In this document: in pieces, positions 29,120 to 38,269 of the stretch
Position numbering within the stretch: the first letter of the stretch is position 1
How the letters are laid out: each line of letters opens with the position of its first letter
Assembly: GCA_001816585.1 (NCBI GenBank)
Contig: MHCJ01000003.1
Location: 220,228-284,227, forward strand
Source of the DNA: Candidatus Chisholmbacteria bacterium RIFCSPHIGHO2_01_FULL_52_32
GTDB taxonomy: Bacteria > Patescibacteriota > Microgenomatia > UBA1400 > Chisholmbacteraceae
Direction: 5' to 3'
DNA length: 64,000 nt
Translations under genes and position numbers: made by a program
The notes under the pieces: model-generated
Database searches by the model: none
What the model was told of the DNA's origin: nothing
What the model saw: the letters and a program-made list of their open reading frames with translations, nothing else

Positions 29120-31141
29120 TTAGAGGTTACCCACAAGCTTGGCGTTGAAATGGTGCTCGAGGTTTTGTTTGATTTTTCTGCGGAGCGGGGCGACTTCTTC
29201 ATCGGACAAGGACTTATCCGGATGCCGATAAATAACCCTGAAGGTGGCATTTTGCCCAAAGACCTCCCCCAGTTCGACCTTTTCAACGTATCGACTGGTG
29301 TCATAAATTTCCTCTATGACCTCTCCGAGGTAGGTTTTGGTTGGGAGAATGAAGGTCATCTCCTCTTTTACCGGAGGATGCTTGGGTAAGGGTTGATAGG
29401 TCGGGTAGTACCTCGCGACTTTCTGGAGTTTGTCCATATCAATGATGACTGCCGAAACCCGAGGCGCGAGTCCTAACCCACCCAGAATCTCCGGCTTTAC
29501 TTCCCCGATTTCGCCAATCACTTCCTGGTTGGAGATAATGGCGGCTGATCTTAAGGGCTCCAACGTTCGGGCTACACCATCGGTCGGAAGAATTTGGTAT
29601 TCAACGTGCAGCCGCTCAAGGAGAGGCTCCAGTATTGCCTTGGCTTCCGGATATGAACCCACAATGGTGAAGAGGAGCTGGGTTTTCTCCTTGGGAAGTT
29701 TTGTTCCCTCTGTTTTGCGATACACGTTTGCACATTCGAAGATGTTCATTTGTTCAAAGGTGGGATTGCTTTTGATGACTTCTAGATGGGAAGGAATCAG
29801 AGAGCGGCGGAGATACACCTGATCTTCAGAAAGCGGATTTGAAACTTTCAAGTGTTTTTCTAAAGGTTCAGATGAGAGTATTGCCAGAGTCTCACTGACC
29901 AACGAATGGGTGTAGACCTCTATCAGACCCCAGTCTGCACAACTTTGTTTCACGAGCCGCTCAAGGCGAAACGTGTCAAACGGGCGGGTCGCGACAGGGA
30001 TTTCTCCTCCCATCAGAACACTGGGGAGATTATGATACCCGTAGATCCTTGCGATCTCTTCGATCGCGTCCTCGGGAATTGTCAGGTCAAGGGCTCTCCA
30101 GGATGGGGGTGTGATTTGATAGGAGATATTTTGTTTGTCTTTTTTATCGGTTTCCACCGTGCAGCCGAGACTGGTGAGGATCCGCTCGACCTTGGTCGGT
30201 TCGACTACAAGGCCCATATACGCGGTCAGTCGCTCCTGCGGCAAACGGATAGTGTGAATGCGAGGTTTGTTGGGGTATTGATCAACCAGGGAACTACCGA
30301 TTGTAGCCTGACAGTGATCGCGATAGAGCTCAATTGCACGAAGGATCGCATCTTTGCCAAGCTCGGGATCAACGCCTTTTTCATTAAGGATGGCGGCTTG
30401 GCTACGGATCGCAAGTCCCATCGATGCATGGCGGATTTTCTTTTTGTCGATAGACTCAATCCAAAGGAGGATGTTTTTGGTGGTTTCCGTTACGACGGTA
30501 TTTTCAGTTCCCATGATTCCGGGGAGGTCAATGAGTGTTCCTGTCCCGTCGTCGAAGACCACTTCACCGCCCCGTAGTACGTGCTCTTTTCCATCGAGCG
30601 TAACCAGGCGTTCGTCTGTTCTTCCTTCTCGGACAAGGATCGTCTTTGCCGCGAGTCGGTCGTAATCAAATACGTGGATCGGGTGTCCGAGTTCCCACAT
30701 GACATAGTTGGTGATGTCGATAATATTATTAAGCGGCCGTTGCCCGACTTTTGTGAGACGATCTGCGAGCCATGCGGGTGATTTTGTTATGCGGACGCAC
30801 GTAAGTTTTATGGCAAGAATGCGATGGCAGAGTTTCTGATCATTGACGATTTTGATATCGAGGGGTTTTCTGCTTGCGACGGGTGTGAGTGCCATGGGTT
30901 TTAGCCGCGCACTACTTCCGAACTCAGGAAGGATAGCTGCCGCCTCCCGGGCGATACCGCGTACGCTCATGCAATCGACTCGGTTGGTTGTTACTTCGAT
31001 ATCAAAGACGACATCCTTACCTGCGGGAATGGTCTTCTCTACGGATAAGCCACAGAGTGAGAGAGCATCCTTTAACTCCTCCGGTGTTGCCCGAGTGTCC
31101 AAATGCGTTTTCAGCCATTCATGAGGAATGAGAATGTTCAT
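29120..31141 (-). CDS. pheT: Phenylalanine--tRNA ligase beta subunit (short form without the B2 OB-fold domain)
   Basis: TTNRVDCMS, NNIIDITNY, GHPIHVFD, PSWRALD, EEIARIYGY, NPLSED, FDX-ACB C-terminus. Confidence 0.93.
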   Translation of the reverse strand: MNILIPHEWLKTHLDTRATPEELKDALSLCGLSVEKTIPAGKDVVFDIEVTTNRVDCMSVRGIAREAAAILPEFGSSARLKPMALTPVASRKPLDIKIVNDQKLCHRILAIKLTCVRITKSPAWLADRLTKVGQRPLNNIIDITNYVMWELGHPIHVFDYDRLAAKTILVREGRTDERLVTLDGKEHVLRGGEVVFDDGTGTLIDLPGIMGTENTVVTETTKNILLWIESIDKKKIRHASMGLAIRSQAAILNEKGVDPELGKDAILRAIELYRDHCQATIGSSLVDQYPNKPRIHTIRLPQERLTAYMGLVVEPTKVERILTSLGCTVETDKKDKQNISYQITPPSWRALDLTIPEDAIEEIARIYGYHNLPSVLMGGEIPVATRPFDTFRLERLVKQSCADWGLIEVYTHSLVSETLAILSSEPLEKHLKVSNPLSEDQVYLRRSLIPSHLEVIKSNPTFEQMNIFECANVYRKTEGTKLPKEKTQLLFTIVGSYPEAKAILEPLLERLHVEYQILPTDGVARTLEPLRSAAIISNQEVIGEIGEVKPEILGGLGLAPRVSAVIIDMDKLQKVARYYPTYQPLPKHPPVKEEMTFILPTKTYLGEVIEEIYDTSRYVEKVELGEVFGQNATFRVIYRHPDKSLSDEEVAPLRRKIKQNLEHHFNAKLVGNL

Positions 31142-31164
31142 AATCAACAGATATAAACTGATTT

Positions 31165-31569
31165 TTAAGCGGATTTAAACAGATATTTGTTTGGTAATAT
31201 TAATCGTTTGATCTGAAGCTTTGGTTGTCTAAAGTTCGCGAGAAGCCCTACTCTCACTTGTAGTTGATTCATGTAAGAAAGGATTTGATGGTGGTATGTG
31301 CTCAGGGCGATGTCAGTTGTTTTGATTTCAAGAATTACTTTGTCCTCAATAACGAAATCGACTTTGTAGTGACCGATTTTCTGTCCATCAAGCAAAATAT
31401 TTACCGGTTTCTCTTGATTGAACTTGATTCTTTCTCGCGTAAGAAGCCTGGCAATTGCTCGTTGATAGTATTTTTCTTGCAAAAGATTCCCTAACTTATT
31501 CTGCGCTTCGAAAGCAATGCCTATTATCTGATGTGTTAGTTTCTGTTCGATAAGAGTTGACTTGTGCAT
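31165..31569 (-). CDS. GxxExxY protein (PD-(D/E)XK nuclease-like)
   Basis: LGNLLQEKYY, QEKP, VDFVIEDKVILEIK, QILSYM, GLLANF. Confidence 0.9.
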   Translation of the reverse strand: MHKSTLIEQKLTHQIIGIAFEAQNKLGNLLQEKYYQRAIARLLTRERIKFNQEKPVNILLDGQKIGHYKVDFVIEDKVILEIKTTDIALSTYHHQILSYMNQLQVRVGLLANFRQPKLQIKRLILPNKYLFKSA

Positions 31570-31606
31570 CTGTTTACATCTGCTTTAATCTGTTGCCATC
31601 TGGTGA

Positions 31607-32668
31607 TTAGAATTGTTCAAGGAATTCCAAGTTGTTGCTGTATAAGAGTCTGATGTCGTCGAGTTTCAGACCGGGCTTTAAGCGGTAGGCACGTTCAACT
31701 CCCATCCCGAAGGCAAAACCTGTGTACATCTTCGGGTCGATCCCTCCGGCCTGAAGCACAGCCGGGTGAACCATGCCTGCTCCCCCAACTTCCAGCCAGC
31801 CGCTCTTGCAGAATCGGCAGCGCTCACCTGTATCAAGCTGCCCTTTTCCCTGGCAGATTGTACAGGTAAAATCGACCTCAAAAGAAGGCTCCGTAAATTG
31901 GAAATGAAAGGGGCGAAGCCTTGCGCTTATTTCTTTGCCGTAGAACTCCCGGGCAAAATAGTCAAGTGTTCCCTTTAAGTGTTGGATGGTTATATTTTCG
32001 TCGATGACCAGGATTTCAAACTGATGGAACATGGATGTATGGGTAGCGTCCTGTTGGCGACGATAGCACTTTGCGATATTCAGCATGCGGATGGGAGGTT
32101 TACCGACCCGCTCCATTTCGCGTACCTGTCCATTTGAGGTGTGGGTCGTGAGGACAAGACCGCCATATTTCGGGTGTTTTGGACTTTTGATGAAAAACGT
32201 CTCCCATTCATCGCGAGCGGGGTGGTTTGCGGGCATGTTGAGTGCCGAGAAGACGTAATAATCGTAATCAACCTCCGGGTAGCGGGCACGAACAAAACCG
32301 ATTCGTTCAAAGATTTTCGTGATTTCATCTATGGCCTGGGTAACGGGATGGAGGTGCCCAAGCGGAGGGCGTTTAGCGGGCAGGGTGACATCGATCCAGT
32401 CTTCGGAAGATGCGGGTGGATTTTTTGTTTTTGACTCAAGGGCTTCTTGGACCGCAATCTTTGCATCATTGAGAAGCGTTCCGAATTCCCGTTTCTGACT
32501 TTCGTCTCCTTTCTTGATGTTCCCCACGAATTTGTTGATCTTGCCTTTTCTGCCCAAATAAACAACGCGAAGCCGTTCGAGCTCTGCTTCAGATTTCGCA
32601 TCCTGAATGAGTGCGATGGCTTCGTTTTTGAGGTTTAAGAGTTTTTCCCTTAACTGCTGATTGTCCAT
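31607..32668 (-). CDS. pheS: Phenylalanine--tRNA ligase alpha subunit
   Basis: GHLHP, HPARD, THTS, DATH, FHQFE, FQFTEPSFE, GAGMVHP, FAFGMGVER. Confidence 0.96.
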   Translation of the reverse strand: MDNQQLREKLLNLKNEAIALIQDAKSEAELERLRVVYLGRKGKINKFVGNIKKGDESQKREFGTLLNDAKIAVQEALESKTKNPPASSEDWIDVTLPAKRPPLGHLHPVTQAIDEITKIFERIGFVRARYPEVDYDYYVFSALNMPANHPARDEWETFFIKSPKHPKYGGLVLTTHTSNGQVREMERVGKPPIRMLNIAKCYRRQQDATHTSMFHQFEILVIDENITIQHLKGTLDYFAREFYGKEISARLRPFHFQFTEPSFEVDFTCTICQGKGQLDTGERCRFCKSGWLEVGGAGMVHPAVLQAGGIDPKMYTGFAFGMGVERAYRLKPGLKLDDIRLLYSNNLEFLEQF

Positions 32669-32780
32669 TGTCTTTATTGTAATCAATTCCTACCCTGAAA
32701 TGAAGACTCCATGCGCACGGAGACTACGGCCTGCCTGCTTATAAAGGCTAACGGATTGTGCGGGGGAAATATTACTTCGG

Positions 32781-33143
32781 TTACTCTTTGGAAGAGCTTC
32801 TTGCTTTGGCTACGATAGCCTGGAATGTTTCCGCATCCCTGACTACGAGGTCGGCGAGCATTTTTCGATTGAGGACAATCTTTGCGACTACAAGGTCGTG
32901 AATGAATGCGGCATACGAATAGCCGTCTTTTTTCAAGCTCAAACCGGCTTGGATACGTTGGATCCAGAGCCGTCTTTGGTCCCTTTTACGCAGGCGTCTC
33001 CCGACATAGGCATATTGGCCGGCATGGAGATCCGCTTCTTTCGCCACCTTGTACAGGCGGTGCTTGGTCATTCGCATGCCGCGAGTTCTTTTCAGGACCT
33101 TGTGATGGCGTCTTCTTCTGGTGATACCGGTTTTGACTCTCAT
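32781..33143 (-). CDS. rplT: 50S ribosomal protein L20
   Basis: MRVKTG, YAYVGRRLRKRD-RRLWIQRI, LNRKMLADL. Confidence 0.96.
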   Translation of the reverse strand: MRVKTGITRRRRHHKVLKRTRGMRMTKHRLYKVAKEADLHAGQYAYVGRRLRKRDQRRLWIQRIQAGLSLKKDGYSYAAFIHDLVVAKIVLNRKMLADLVVRDAETFQAIVAKARSSSKE

Positions 33144-33146
33144 ACA

Positions 33147-33219
33147 ACAAGTTAAAAGTTAAAAATGAAAAGTGAAAAGTTAAAAAGCAAGGTAATAATA
33201 TTTGAATTTTAAATTTGTT
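33147..33219. repeat. 7-mer repeat tract inside the rpmI-rplT spacer
   Basis: AAGTTAA/AAATGAA/AAGTGAA units then TTTGAAT/TTTAAAT. Confidence 0.7.
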
Positions 33220-33414
33220 TTATTGGCCGAGCATTCGCCGGATTTTGATCGCAAGTTTCCCAGTAACTCTGACCGGAACCTTGTAGCGACGGCGCTGTTT
33301 TGATGATTTCTTGCGTCTTAAGTGACGCATCGTTTGGACGCGCCGGAGGACCTTACCGGTTTTGGTGACCTTGAATCGCCTGGCGACCGATTTTCGAATC
33401 TTTACTTTTGGCAT
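33220..33414 (-). CDS. rpmI: 50S ribosomal protein L35
   Basis: MPKVK, RRFKVTKTGKV, between infC and rplT. Confidence 0.94.
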   Translation of the reverse strand: MPKVKIRKSVARRFKVTKTGKVLRRVQTMRHLRRKKSSKQRRRYKVPVRVTGKLAIKIRRMLGQ

Positions 33415-33415
33415 G

Positions 33416-33949
33416 TTATGACCTCTTCTTGGCCGGCGAGAGAGTGGTAATGAGAAGCTTTCCCTTCAGCGATGGTTCGCGGTCCATGGTGGCGAGGTCC
33501 TCAAGGCTTTGACAGGCCCTTTTAATCAGCCCTACTCCGAATTCCTTTCGGGTGATTTGGCGACCAACGAATTTTACCACAAGGTTGACCCTGTTCCCTT
33601 CTTCCAGGAACGCCCTGGCTCTTTTCAGGCGAATTTGAAAGTCGTTTTCAGCAATGAATGGGGTGAATCTGATCTCTTTCAAATCCTGACCTTTTGATCC
33701 TTTCTTTTTCGCCAACTGATGTTTGCGACGTTCCTGGTATTTGAATTTGGCAAAATCAATCAGTTTCGCAACCGGAGGCGTTATTTTGGGCGCGACTTCT
33801 ACCAAATCAACGCCTTCCTCTTGAGCAAGCTTCAGGGCCTCACTAATTGGCATCACGCCGAGTTGTTTGCCCTCTTCGTCGACGACACGAACTTCTTTGG
33901 CTCTGATGTACTGGTTGAGCTGGTAGATTCTTCTCAAGGCTTTTCTCAT
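33416..33949 (-). CDS. infC: Translation initiation factor IF-3
   Basis: NQYIRAKEVRVV, DLVEVAP, PPVAKLID, KEIRF, FVGRQ; start uncertain. Confidence 0.95.
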   Translation of the reverse strand: MRKALRRIYQLNQYIRAKEVRVVDEEGKQLGVMPISEALKLAQEEGVDLVEVAPKITPPVAKLIDFAKFKYQERRKHQLAKKKGSKGQDLKEIRFTPFIAENDFQIRLKRARAFLEEGNRVNLVVKFVGRQITRKEFGVGLIKRACQSLEDLATMDREPSLKGKLLITTLSPAKKRS

Positions 33950-33991
33950 TGGCACGAATTATATCATGTGATGACCGTTGGCGGAAATCAT

Positions 33992-35752
33992 TTATCGTTT
34001 CTCTGCGATTTGCTTAAGGAGCTTTTTTTCAAGGGTAGCGAGGCTCATTCTGCCGAGATCGGCCTTGCCTCTGGTTCGGACCGAAATGTCTCCTTTAATT
34101 CGCTCGTTATCGCCGACGATGATCATGAAGGGGACTTTGGCAAGTTCCGCATCTCTGATGCGTTTTTGCATCGAGCTTGGGCGATCATCCAGTTCGACAC
34201 GGAGGTGTTTATCGTTGAGTGATGCGGACACCTTTTTGGCATACGAATGGTGGCGGTCGGCAATAGGTATGACAATGACCTGTGTCGGTGATAACCAGAG
34301 AGGAAAGGCTCCGGCGTAATGTTCGATAAGTAAGCCAATGGTACGTTCCAATGATCCCGTCAGGCCGCGGTGGAGAATGACCGGGTGTTTCTCGGAACCA
34401 TCGGCGTCCGTGTAGACGAGACCAAGCTTTTTGGCCATGAAGAGGTCAAGCTGCAAGGTGCTCATCTGCCAAGCCCTTCCGATGGCATCCTTGACCATGA
34501 AGTCAATCTTGGGACCGTAGAAGGAAGCTTCCCCTTTGGCAATTTCATAGGTAAGCCGGCTCTTTTTGACAATTTCCTCAAGTTTCCTGCCTGCTTTTTT
34601 CCACGTCTTCGGATCGGCGATGTATTTGGCGTGGTCGGCAGGGTCATTGAGGGACAGGCGAACCCAGTACTTGTTAAGACCGAAGGCTTTAAACATTGCC
34701 AGCACAAGATTGATGCAAAGTTCGAACTCGGCGTCGATCTGCTCCTCCCGCATGAGGATATGGGAATCGTCGATAGTGAGAGACCTCACCCGGGTTAATC
34801 CACCGAGCTCTCCTGACTTTTCGTACCGATAACAGGTTCCGGGCTCGGAGAGACGGAGCGGCAACTCGCGGTAGCTTCTGGGTCGGGACGCATAGATCAT
34901 GTAGTGGTGGGGACAGTTCATGGGTTTTAACACATAGGTTTCTGACTCGATCCCGAAGGGAGCGTACATTATTTCCCGGTAGTGATCCCAATGGCCGGTA
35001 CGCTTATAGAGATCGCTTTTGGCAATGTGCGGGGTCCAAACTTCCTGGAAACCCGTACGACCTTCAAGCTCCTTTTCGTAGGCGAGGATCTCGTTTCTTA
35101 CAACCGTTCCTTTCGGGGTGAGAAGCGGAAGCCCTTTTCCGATGTCTTCATTGATTACAAACAAGTCGAGCTTCGGACCGAGTTTGCGGTGGTCGCGCTT
35201 CTTGGCTTCCTCGATTTGCCAGAGGTAGCGATCGAGCTCTGGCTTCGTCTCGAACGCAGTCCCGTAAATGCGTGTGAGCATCTTTTGATTTTCGTCACCG
35301 TGCCAATAGGCACCGGCAACCGTGAGAAGTTTGAAGGGACCTATTTCACCCGTTGAGGCAACATGCGGGCCGGCGCAAAGGTCAACGAACTCGCTGCCCG
35401 TCCAGTAGAGTGTGGGGGTTTCTCCTTTTTTCTCTATTTCGTCAAGCCATTCTTGTTTGTAAGGGTTGTGGTTGAAGAGCTCACGGGCTTTTTTCATCGG
35501 ACAGGCTTCTTTTCTGATCGGGAGGTTCTTTTTAATGATATTTTTCATCTCGGCTTCTATATTGGGTAAATCCTGTTCGGAAATCTTGCCAGAGAAATCG
35601 AAATCGAAGTAGAACCCATCCTCTATTGCAGGGCCCATAGCCATCATGAGGCCGGGATAGAGCTTGAGCATGGCTTGTTCGAGCACGTGCTCAGCTGAGT
35701 GACGCATTGCTTGGAGTTTTTGAGATCGGGGGGTTTCTTGACTCTGTTTCAT
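33992..35752 (-). CDS. thrS: Threonine--tRNA ligase (no TGS domain)
   Basis: RHSAEH, DLCAGPH, RDHRKLG, KPMNCP, RYEKSGEL, FYGPKID. Confidence 0.96.
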   Translation of the reverse strand: MKQSQETPRSQKLQAMRHSAEHVLEQAMLKLYPGLMMAMGPAIEDGFYFDFDFSGKISEQDLPNIEAEMKNIIKKNLPIRKEACPMKKARELFNHNPYKQEWLDEIEKKGETPTLYWTGSEFVDLCAGPHVASTGEIGPFKLLTVAGAYWHGDENQKMLTRIYGTAFETKPELDRYLWQIEEAKKRDHRKLGPKLDLFVINEDIGKGLPLLTPKGTVVRNEILAYEKELEGRTGFQEVWTPHIAKSDLYKRTGHWDHYREIMYAPFGIESETYVLKPMNCPHHYMIYASRPRSYRELPLRLSEPGTCYRYEKSGELGGLTRVRSLTIDDSHILMREEQIDAEFELCINLVLAMFKAFGLNKYWVRLSLNDPADHAKYIADPKTWKKAGRKLEEIVKKSRLTYEIAKGEASFYGPKIDFMVKDAIGRAWQMSTLQLDLFMAKKLGLVYTDADGSEKHPVILHRGLTGSLERTIGLLIEHYAGAFPLWLSPTQVIVIPIADRHHSYAKKVSASLNDKHLRVELDDRPSSMQKRIRDAELAKVPFMIIVGDNERIKGDISVRTRGKADLGRMSLATLEKKLLKQIAEKR

Positions 35753-35759
35753 AGGTTGA

Positions 35760-36074
35760 CTATGGACGTAACGATTCTGGCTGCGATCCTTTTTCCAGTT
35801 GGAGTTGTTGCAGTTCCTGCAGTACCCCCGGGGTAAGTCCGCCCTGCTGTTCTGATGGGGCGTTAAAAAGCGGCATGGTTGAGATTACGCTTTGGAGGCG
35901 CGGGACGATAATCGTTGACGTTGCGTAGTACAGAACGGCAATGACAATGAGGTAGAGAAAGAGCATACCCAAGGCGTGGGAGAAGCCGGCGAGGAAGTTT
36001 CTGGCAAAAATCGAGGCATACGAAGCGTCATAGATAGTTTGTTTTTCTTTTTGTGAACGAGTATCTTCCTGCAT
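35760..36074 (-). CDS. Hypothetical membrane protein
   Basis: NFLAGFSHALG followed by a TM helix; directly upstream of thrS. Confidence 0.6.
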   Translation of the reverse strand: MQEDTRSQKEKQTIYDASYASIFARNFLAGFSHALGMLFLYLIVIAVLYYATSTIIVPRLQSVISTMPLFNAPSEQQGGLTPGVLQELQQLQLEKGSQPESLRP

Positions 36075-36168
36075 TGTTTTCCTTAAATCTATTGCAACAA
36101 AAAAACCCACTCAGCGCAAGCGGCGCTTGGGGGTCGTTCTCCTCTTCCATATACCATTCCTGGCCTGC

Positions 36169-36244
36169 TGGTGACCGCTGGTGGGCTCGAACCACCGACC
36201 TTCACGATGTCAACGTGACGCTCTGCCGACTGAGCTAAGCGGTC
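36169..36244 (-). tRNA. tRNA-Val(GAC)
   Basis: Cloverleaf GACCGCT.., anticodon arm TCACG-TTGACAT-CGTGA, T loop GTTCGAG, encoded CCA. Confidence 0.95.
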
Positions 36245-36295
36245 TCGATAAGTTTTCCCATCTTGAGGCTACGGATAATGTAAAGGAATCCCTGC

Positions 36296-36354
36296 CTCGA
36301 ACCACCGACCTGTCCGATGGATCGGACCGCTCTAACCAACTGAGCTACGGACCC
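36296..36354 (-). pseudogene. Truncated tRNA-like sequence (Ile/Met-like 5' part)
   Basis: GGGTCCGTAGCTCAGTTGGTTAGAGCG-GTCCGATCCATCGGAC-AGGTCGGTGGTTCGAG; 6-nt loop, no 3' acceptor strand. Confidence 0.75.
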
Positions 36355-36403
36355 CCCCAGATAGCGGTATTGTACACAAGCGGAGCTTCTCACGCAAACG
36401 TAT

Positions 36404-36577
36404 CTAGAATGAGCTCGTATGATCTAAATCTGCCTCGAGCTCCCGAAGTCTCTCGGGAGTAAGGACTTGAGAAGGATGTGCTTCGGCATCCACACTTTGG
36501 TCAGTCTCCAATTGTTCACCTTGCAGCGCGGCACCTTCTCCCCTACTTTCATCGTTCTCCACTTCTGGCATAATCAT
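36404..36577 (-). CDS. Small acidic hypothetical protein
   Basis: AAGGAGGT Shine-Dalgarno upstream; acidic ORF. Confidence 0.45.
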   Translation of the reverse strand: MIMPEVENDESRGEGAALQGEQLETDQSVDAEAHPSQVLTPERLRELEADLDHTSSF

Positions 36578-36595
36578 AGAGTATTCCACCTCCTT

Positions 36596-36850
36596 TCAGT
36601 AACTATTTTTCTCATCCTCTCCTTTCTCTGCCTGCGTATGCGTATGAAATGAGTTCCTGTACCTCTTCTCGTAGATGTGGATTAGACGCGGTTGTATGTG
36701 AAAGATATTCACCTTCCAAATATTCTTGAGGAGGAAGGGTGGGGGTGGGTGTCCGTTAGGATTCCACCATGCCCCACCCCATTTGCTGTTTTCTCTTATT
36801 GTTTGGTAACTCCGTAATCCACTAATGATTGTTCGTGTTCGTCTTGCCAT
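36596..36850 (-). CDS. Small basic hypothetical protein
   Basis: AAGGAGGTGA Shine-Dalgarno 6 nt before ATG; follows an attenuator-like leader. Confidence 0.5.
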   Translation of the reverse strand: MARRTRTIISGLRSYQTIRENSKWGGAWWNPNGHPPPPFLLKNIWKVNIFHIQPRLIHIYEKRYRNSFHTHTQAEKGEDEKNSY

Positions 36851-36873
36851 CTTAATCACCTCCTTTTATCCCA

Positions 36874-37012
36874 ACAAAAAACCTCCCTTTTTGGGGGAGG
36901 TTGGTTTGGCTTTTTTCTGTTAGTTAGTTAGTTACGATACACCACCATACCTCCCCTTTGCGAGGCTAAAAAAGAAGACAAAGTACTTGGTATGGTTTGC
37001 TGCCATCGTCAT
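36874..37012 (-). promoter_or_regulatory. Leader-peptide transcription attenuator (Phe-rich)
   Basis: Leader ORF 37012-36932 MTMAANHTKYFVFFFSLAKGRYGGVS; GGGGAGGT in the leader can pair with ACCTCCCC of terminator AACCTCCC..GGGAGGTTTTTT. Confidence 0.65.
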
Positions 37013-37096
37013 ATATTTTATTCGTTTGTTGTCATGTTAACCACCGGTTGTGGATTGCATTTCTCTGGCCACTGCGAATTCCCGATTCACATAAAT

Positions 37097-37327
37097 CTAG
37101 AGATTTGGGAGTTCCGGTAAGAACCTTGTTAATGCCGCACGCTTCTGACGCAGCGGTTCGGCTAACTGCGCTACCTCCGGCAAGAGGCTGCCTGTATTCG
37201 GATCGCGCGGCAGGGTTCTGAGTGTTTCGTTCAGCTCCTCCCGAAGAACCAGGGCTTCGTTTGGCGATAGAGAATCCGGTAAAGTCACTGAGAATGTCGT
37301 CTGTTGTAGGGTTTCTTGGAATGCCAT
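37097..37327 (-). CDS. Small hypothetical protein
   Basis: AAGGAGGTGA Shine-Dalgarno; 76-aa ORF after second attenuator. Confidence 0.55.
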   Translation of the reverse strand: MAFQETLQQTTFSVTLPDSLSPNEALVLREELNETLRTLPRDPNTGSLLPEVAQLAEPLRQKRAALTRFLPELPNL

Positions 37328-37349
37328 CTGTTTTCACCTCCTTTTTCCA

Positions 37350-37487
37350 ACAAAAAACCTCCCTGGTTTGGGAGGTTTCTATTTTCTTGTTTTGTATTTT
37401 TCCTTACACCAACAGACCTCCCAAACCACGTCTGGCCATGATAATGAGGCCGAAAAAGATGCAAGGGTTTGTGGAAGTTCTGTTCAT
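37350..37487 (-). promoter_or_regulatory. Leader-peptide transcription attenuator (Phe/Ile/Leu-rich)
   Basis: Leader ORF 37487-37404 MNRTSTNPCIFFGLIIMARRGLGGLLV; GGTTTGGGAGGT in the leader is complementary to ACCTCCCAAACC in the terminator. Confidence 0.65.
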
Positions 37488-37573
37488 CAGTATGATTTTA
37501 CGATGTGTGTAATAGATGTGTCAACTGGTAAATGGCTTATAGCTAATAGCAGATGGAAAAAGCGTCTAAACGA

Positions 37574-38191
37574 TTATCCGGCTTGCGTACTCATGTAGCG
37601 CTCTTGAGAAAGCATATACTTGGTTCCGGACTTTCCGACCTGTGACCAGAAGAAGGAACGGGCTTGGGCTCTGGAATTGACCGAGTGCATCCAGGTTTTG
37701 GAGTCGGCCACCTTTTTTCGAAGCAGGATAAGTGTTTGCCGTATCTTGTCAAAGAAGTTGAGATGATAAACACCGGGATCGACGACCATCTGCTCTACGG
37801 CGACTTCAACCTCCGCAGCAAGTCCAGCCGCCTCCCCAATGAGCTTTTTTAATTCTTCCTGAATCGCGTTGATTTGAAGCTTGATTTCTTCCTGCTTTCT
37901 TGAATAGACCAGCTGCTCCTGCCTTCGTAGGTGCTGGAAATGCATGCGCTCACTGCGGATGGCATCCTCTTCTCTCCGGCGAATTTCTGTTTCGATGTCG
38001 AGGGATTGTCCGGGCCGTAACTCACCTGATACCGGTTGCCTTTGGGCAAATGTGGAGATCTGGGAAATTACATCAGAAGCGGCATCCGTGACAGCATCTG
38101 CTCCGTTTCTTACGGTTTGATTGCCGAGTTCGCGAAAGGCCTCAAAGAAATTGTCGGATTGGTAGTTTGTTTGGGTTTTCGGCTTGTTCAT
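37574..38191 (-). CDS. Conserved-looking hypothetical protein (coiled coil)
   Basis: 205-aa ORF with PGVYHLNFF and GTKYMLSQER..TQAG segments. Confidence 0.75.
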   Translation of the reverse strand: MNKPKTQTNYQSDNFFEAFRELGNQTVRNGADAVTDAASDVISQISTFAQRQPVSGELRPGQSLDIETEIRRREEDAIRSERMHFQHLRRQEQLVYSRKQEEIKLQINAIQEELKKLIGEAAGLAAEVEVAVEQMVVDPGVYHLNFFDKIRQTLILLRKKVADSKTWMHSVNSRAQARSFFWSQVGKSGTKYMLSQERYMSTQAG

Positions 38192-38269
38192 CTTCTCTCC
38201 AAAGCTACATACTTCCTATGTAGGAAGCGTGATGGATGGTACCATACAAGTCTTCCGTAGTCAAGTGTA

